Assembly: GCA_037447605.1 (NCBI GenBank)
Contig: CM074816.1
Location: 883,873 to 947,872, forward strand
DNA: 64,000 nucleotides
Reading direction: 5' to 3'
Source of the DNA: Zygnema circumcarinatum SAG 698-1b
Taxonomy: Eukaryota > Plantae > Zygnematophyceae
The notes beneath the pieces were generated by a model. It made no database searches, had not been told where the DNA came from, and saw nothing but the letters and a program-made list of their open reading frames with translations. Position numbers and translations under genes: made by a program. Below are positions 59,852-64,000 of this stretch, one piece after another (position 1 is the first letter of the stretch; the number at the start of each line of letters is the position of its first letter).

Positions 59852-62800
59852 TGTAGCGTAACGGAGCTGCGTTCGACGGATCCGCGTCCGTTCAGTTGTA
59901 CTTGCCATACTCCTATGCAGTGTCACGGACCGGCCTGATCCAGGAGTGGCCGACGGAAAATGCGAGAAGGCGGCGCCAGGTGTTGGCGGCCCACGGAACA
60001 GCACACCAGCCAGCAAGGCGCACTCGGAACGCCGCATAATGCCGCCGATTGTCATTTGTTGACCTATCATAAGGCTCCACGTAGTTAGTCAGGCCTCTCA
60101 GTGGGCAGTTGGCCAATCAGGGGCTGTCACTGCTAAGGCTCAAGATCTATTGTCAGTGTTAAGTAGATGGGATGTCAGTGATGCTTGTTTGTCTTTTAGT
60201 GCTGGGCTTAGTATTTGTATTTGCTGTGTGGTTTGTTGTCTTGTTCTTCTTTTCTGCCTCTTCAGCTCCAGCAACAGATGCTAAGTATGAGAGAGAGAGA
60301 GAGAGTTCCATTGCATAGAGAGAAAGAGAAAGAGTCTTCTTGCTGATAGCATTTAGACATCCCATTCAGCCCAGCCAGACAAAGATTTCAGTGAGAAGAT
60401 ACTTTCATTGTAATGACAATCCCCGGCCAACCGCTGGCTGGGGTGACTTTCCAAAATACAACCTTTATCTAAGTTGAATCCTGTTTTCCCTTTGTTGTCA
60501 CTATGCCAAGCTACCATCTTGTGAAATCCTGCCTTATGCTCCGCCCAATGACCAATGATAACTAGAAGCCTAGCTAAGAGACTAGCCGAGGAGAGGGCAG
60601 GGGAAGAGAGCCCCCAAGGAAGGGCTCTTTGCGCATCGGGTCCAGCCGCCGGTGGGAACATCTTCAGGATCCCTACGTCTTCCGCTGCGCGTACCTCTGA
60701 ATCCCCCGGATCCTGGCTCTATGCTGCAGGCAGACCCACAGCACCAACCCAACCCTTCATTAGTTTCAGCACGGACGCGCGGGTGGCCGTACAGCACCTG
60801 CAACTAGCTCAGCAGTCTTCTCTTAACCCCACTTATCTTGGTATCAGAGCTGAAGGTTTTGCAGATCCACGTACCTTGATACGTGAGGCTGCCGATCCTG
60901 TGACCCGTGTCACAGCCGCCATGGATGAAGAGCTGCAACAAGAGGGACAAGCAGATCTTCATGAATTTTCAGATGAAGACTTAAGACATCAAGAAGAGCA
61001 GACGATAGGAAATCCAAGGACGGATTCAGACTCAGAGGAAGAAGCAATCAGAGAGACTAAAGATGGGCATCACAAAGAGAACCCTTATCCCAGTTTGGCT
61101 TACCTTGAGCAGATCGAGTCGATTGAAGAACTGCAGCGACTCCATCTAGGCAGTGATGGCCATAGGTTTCGCTGGCGATATGCACGCAGGATGATCAAGC
61201 TTGCAGCCTGCCCAGTTGCTGTAACGGCCGCAGATGCCGTGAAGAGAGGAGTTCCGTTCGAACCTTGAGATCCCTTTGCGGCCCGCCAAGACAAAACCCG
61301 CAAAGATGTCGAGTCGAGTAACTACTCCGCCAGGAGTCCCCTGCGAGGCTGCTCAGAGGCGGCACGCAGTCCTCAAGCAAAGCAGATCACAAAAGCACCC
61401 TCACCTCCCGGCGTTCACAACTTACCCATCCGGCAGCCCCAGGCGAGGGGCTTCAGGGGCAAGGGTAGGACGATCGCCAGGACCCTCCAGCTTTCGCACC
61501 AACCTGCAGAGAAGAACACGAATCAGATCTGAGTTTCCCAGCAAGATGGAAGAGATAATGACCAAACTGATAGCAATGATTCCTGAAAAGAGTGAGGTGA
61601 GGGATACCACGGGCATCACACGGAGGCTTCACCGGCAGCAAAGATCAGGAGCGTGGCTGCGACACCTTGAGGAAGAGGCCACAGCGGCAAGCCTGAAGGA
61701 CCCATCATCAGTTGGCTTTAGAAGCACTGGAAGGAGAGGCAGTGAGCTGAAGCTCTGGAAGCTGGCACAGCGCGGATCTCGTCAGCTCGCAGGGACACAT
61801 TCAGCAGCTTCAAGCAGCAGCACGATTTCAATGGATCAGCTGTGCTGAGCCAACTCGCTACATAAAATGCAGTGATGAGCGGCTGTTGAATTCATCAGAC
61901 GTTTTCTGCACATGGCAACTATACGAAATTTCTATGACTTTCCCCGAAGCCTCAGTGAGTCCGCAAGGCCATGGCCGAGAAGGGTCTCCACCTCCGATCG
62001 TGAGTGCGCGACAACCCACCAGCGAGATGCCCAGGCCTTGTTAGAAAGGGCGGAGCAAATTCAGAAGGAGTCAAGGGAGGGCGAGCCAGACATGCAAGCC
62101 ACATTCATGACAGCACAGATCCACGACAAGATCGGCTCTACCAGCAGTTCCTGAAGACACAGAATCAGCAGTTGTCTGATCCCTATGCTACATCTTCTAG
62201 GAACAAGCCGTCTTTCTCCGGCATCCCTGCTCAAGACGTCCGGTCAGCCCCTGTGGTGCAGCCTCTGGCTATAGCCAGCACGACCAAGCCCCTTCCCCTT
62301 TCCCCATACCCTCATGATCCTGCACATCCCATTGAGCCGTCGGTGAATCCTCACATCCCAGATGTTTCTCCAGGATCTCAAGCCTCCTATCCTGGCAGCC
62401 CCGAAGGAGAGAAGCTGCAGGCCAATGGCCGTGGGATGGCAGAGGCAGGAGCTCCAAGAGGGCGTCTCTCTAGCCTTGACCTCAAATCGTGATCCGCAGA
62501 TTCCCATTTCCAACCATGATCCTGCACCTTCTCAGATCCCAAACGTGAGTCTCCGTGTATGCCTAGAGAACTGAGTGAGAAGGCCGGGAAGGGGAGATAC
62601 AGCGCGGGAGCTTCAGGCTCCAGGGGTCACTTCATGGATATGCTCCCGGCTACTCCCACACCGCCGAGAACTCCAGCTCCCTTTCGCCCGCCTCCACCTC
62701 CTTCACCCGCTTACACCATCCTGCAACGTCCGCCTATCCACCTGCACCCCATGGACTCCCCTTCCCTGACAAACGTATTGGGTGCTGAGCCCGATCCTGC

Positions 62801-64000
62801 TGCCCGCTCACGCACTGCCCAGATTGCCGCGGCATTACAACCGGCTTGGTCCGAATCCCCCATCACTTCTGAAGAGGGTGCTCAAGCCCGGATCGCCGAG
62901 ATTGCAAATGCCTTGCGCAGGCTCCCTGTCAACCAAAGTGATCCTCATTCACATCCCCTGCCATTCCTCCCTGCCGATGTCAACGGCGCCAGCTCCTCTG
63001 GCACGGCTCCACCGGTCGCCACCCCTGTCCGGAGAACTTCAGTCCTCCCTCCTTCCACGGGTCATCCATTGGGATCCACGCCTGAGGAGGAAACTGACGA
63101 TCTCAATGAGGAGGAGCCGACAGCGGCGCAGCCAGAGCCGAGAGCACCAGCGACAGAAGAGATGCACGTCAACCCTCCCCATCGCCCTCGGGCAGCCCGT
63201 TTCTACCCCCAAGCAGCCGATCGTCGACCACCCCCCCCGACAGACGGCCTATCCCTGATTGAACGCATGGTTCATCAGCTCATGGGAGACAAGGCTTGAG
63301 TCGGCATTACCTGTGCGCGGTTGATGCAGCTGAGTCCTCTCAGGATTCTGCGCGATGGCGCTGGCGCGTCAGAGGGCCACCTGCGGCCTCTGCGCGGTTC
63401 CCATGGCACCTCTGCCGGACATGCTGGCGGCCGGATGTCACCGCGTGGCTAACGCCTCCGCCCTCGCCGCTCCCCTCGCCATGCCTCCTCGCCAGATTCA
63501 GATCCTCCCTCTCATCCCAACGCCCAACGTGCGGATCATTGTCAATGTATGGCTCAACGGTCATCCCAGCAAAGCCATGATCGACACGGGGGCTATGCGC
63601 ACAGTTCTGTCCAAGCCTGTGATGAAGGCGGCAGGGGTTAAGTTGGACAAGACGCTTGAGCCCATCCCCCGATATGTGGGAGTTGAAGGGAGCTTACATG
63701 AAGGATTGGGAAGCGCCCAAGTGGTCATCAGTCTTGGCGAGATGGGAGCCACGTGGACTGCGTGGCGTCGCGCGGCATGTTTCTGTATCGGGCTACAATT
63801 GAGGCATTCCCGAATGGGAACACAGAGTCCGACTTTGCTGGTGTCCAGCTCCACTTCCTCTGCTGGCGGGACCAGGCTGCCCCTCCCCATCATGCTCAAT
63901 CCTCCGCTCCCCAGAACGCACGACCACAGCGCAGGTCTCCTACCCAGAGATCACCATGTACCATTCGGTCGGCAGCCCCCATTCTTCCTATGGATCGGCC
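59852..64000 (+). mobile_element. Ty3/gypsy element of the same family (5' part; runs off the window)
   Basis: 5' LTR 59852-60838, perfect PBS TGGTATCAGAGC at 60839-60850, frameshifted gag, and protease (VNVWLNGHPSKAMIDTGAMR, about 63540-63600). Homologous to 32800-36728. Confidence 0.92.

Overview
Eukaryotic nuclear DNA with many introns and microsatellites, plus five N-gaps. I infer a streptophyte (charophyte) green alga: land-plant-type genes sit alongside a UGA/SECIS selenoprotein, and land plants lack selenocysteine. I reconstructed eight spliced genes by hand: INTS2 (+), a scramblase (+), an O-fucosyltransferase-like gene (-), galactinol synthase (-), a selenocysteine glutathione peroxidase with a plastid plus twin-arginine presequence, micro-exons and a SECIS (-), an ATL RING-H2 ligase (-), thioredoxin z (+), and an organelle-targeted in-frame SbcD/Mre11-SbcC/Rad50 fusion (+). 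The window also holds three pieces of one Ty3/gypsy family, a nested Ty1/copia fragment, a palindrome-rich MITE-like family and interstitial telomere-like arrays. The most unusual signal is the end structure of the gypsy family. Both 5' LTRs run straight into the tRNA-iMet PBS and lack the terminal TGTGCTACA. Both 3' LTRs carry that 9-mer at their outer end and again just upstream, where the polypurine tract should be, giving a CA-ga-TG circle-junction-like site. This suggests a non-standard, possibly circle-mediated, route of end formation. All family assignments come from recalled motifs; no database searches were run.
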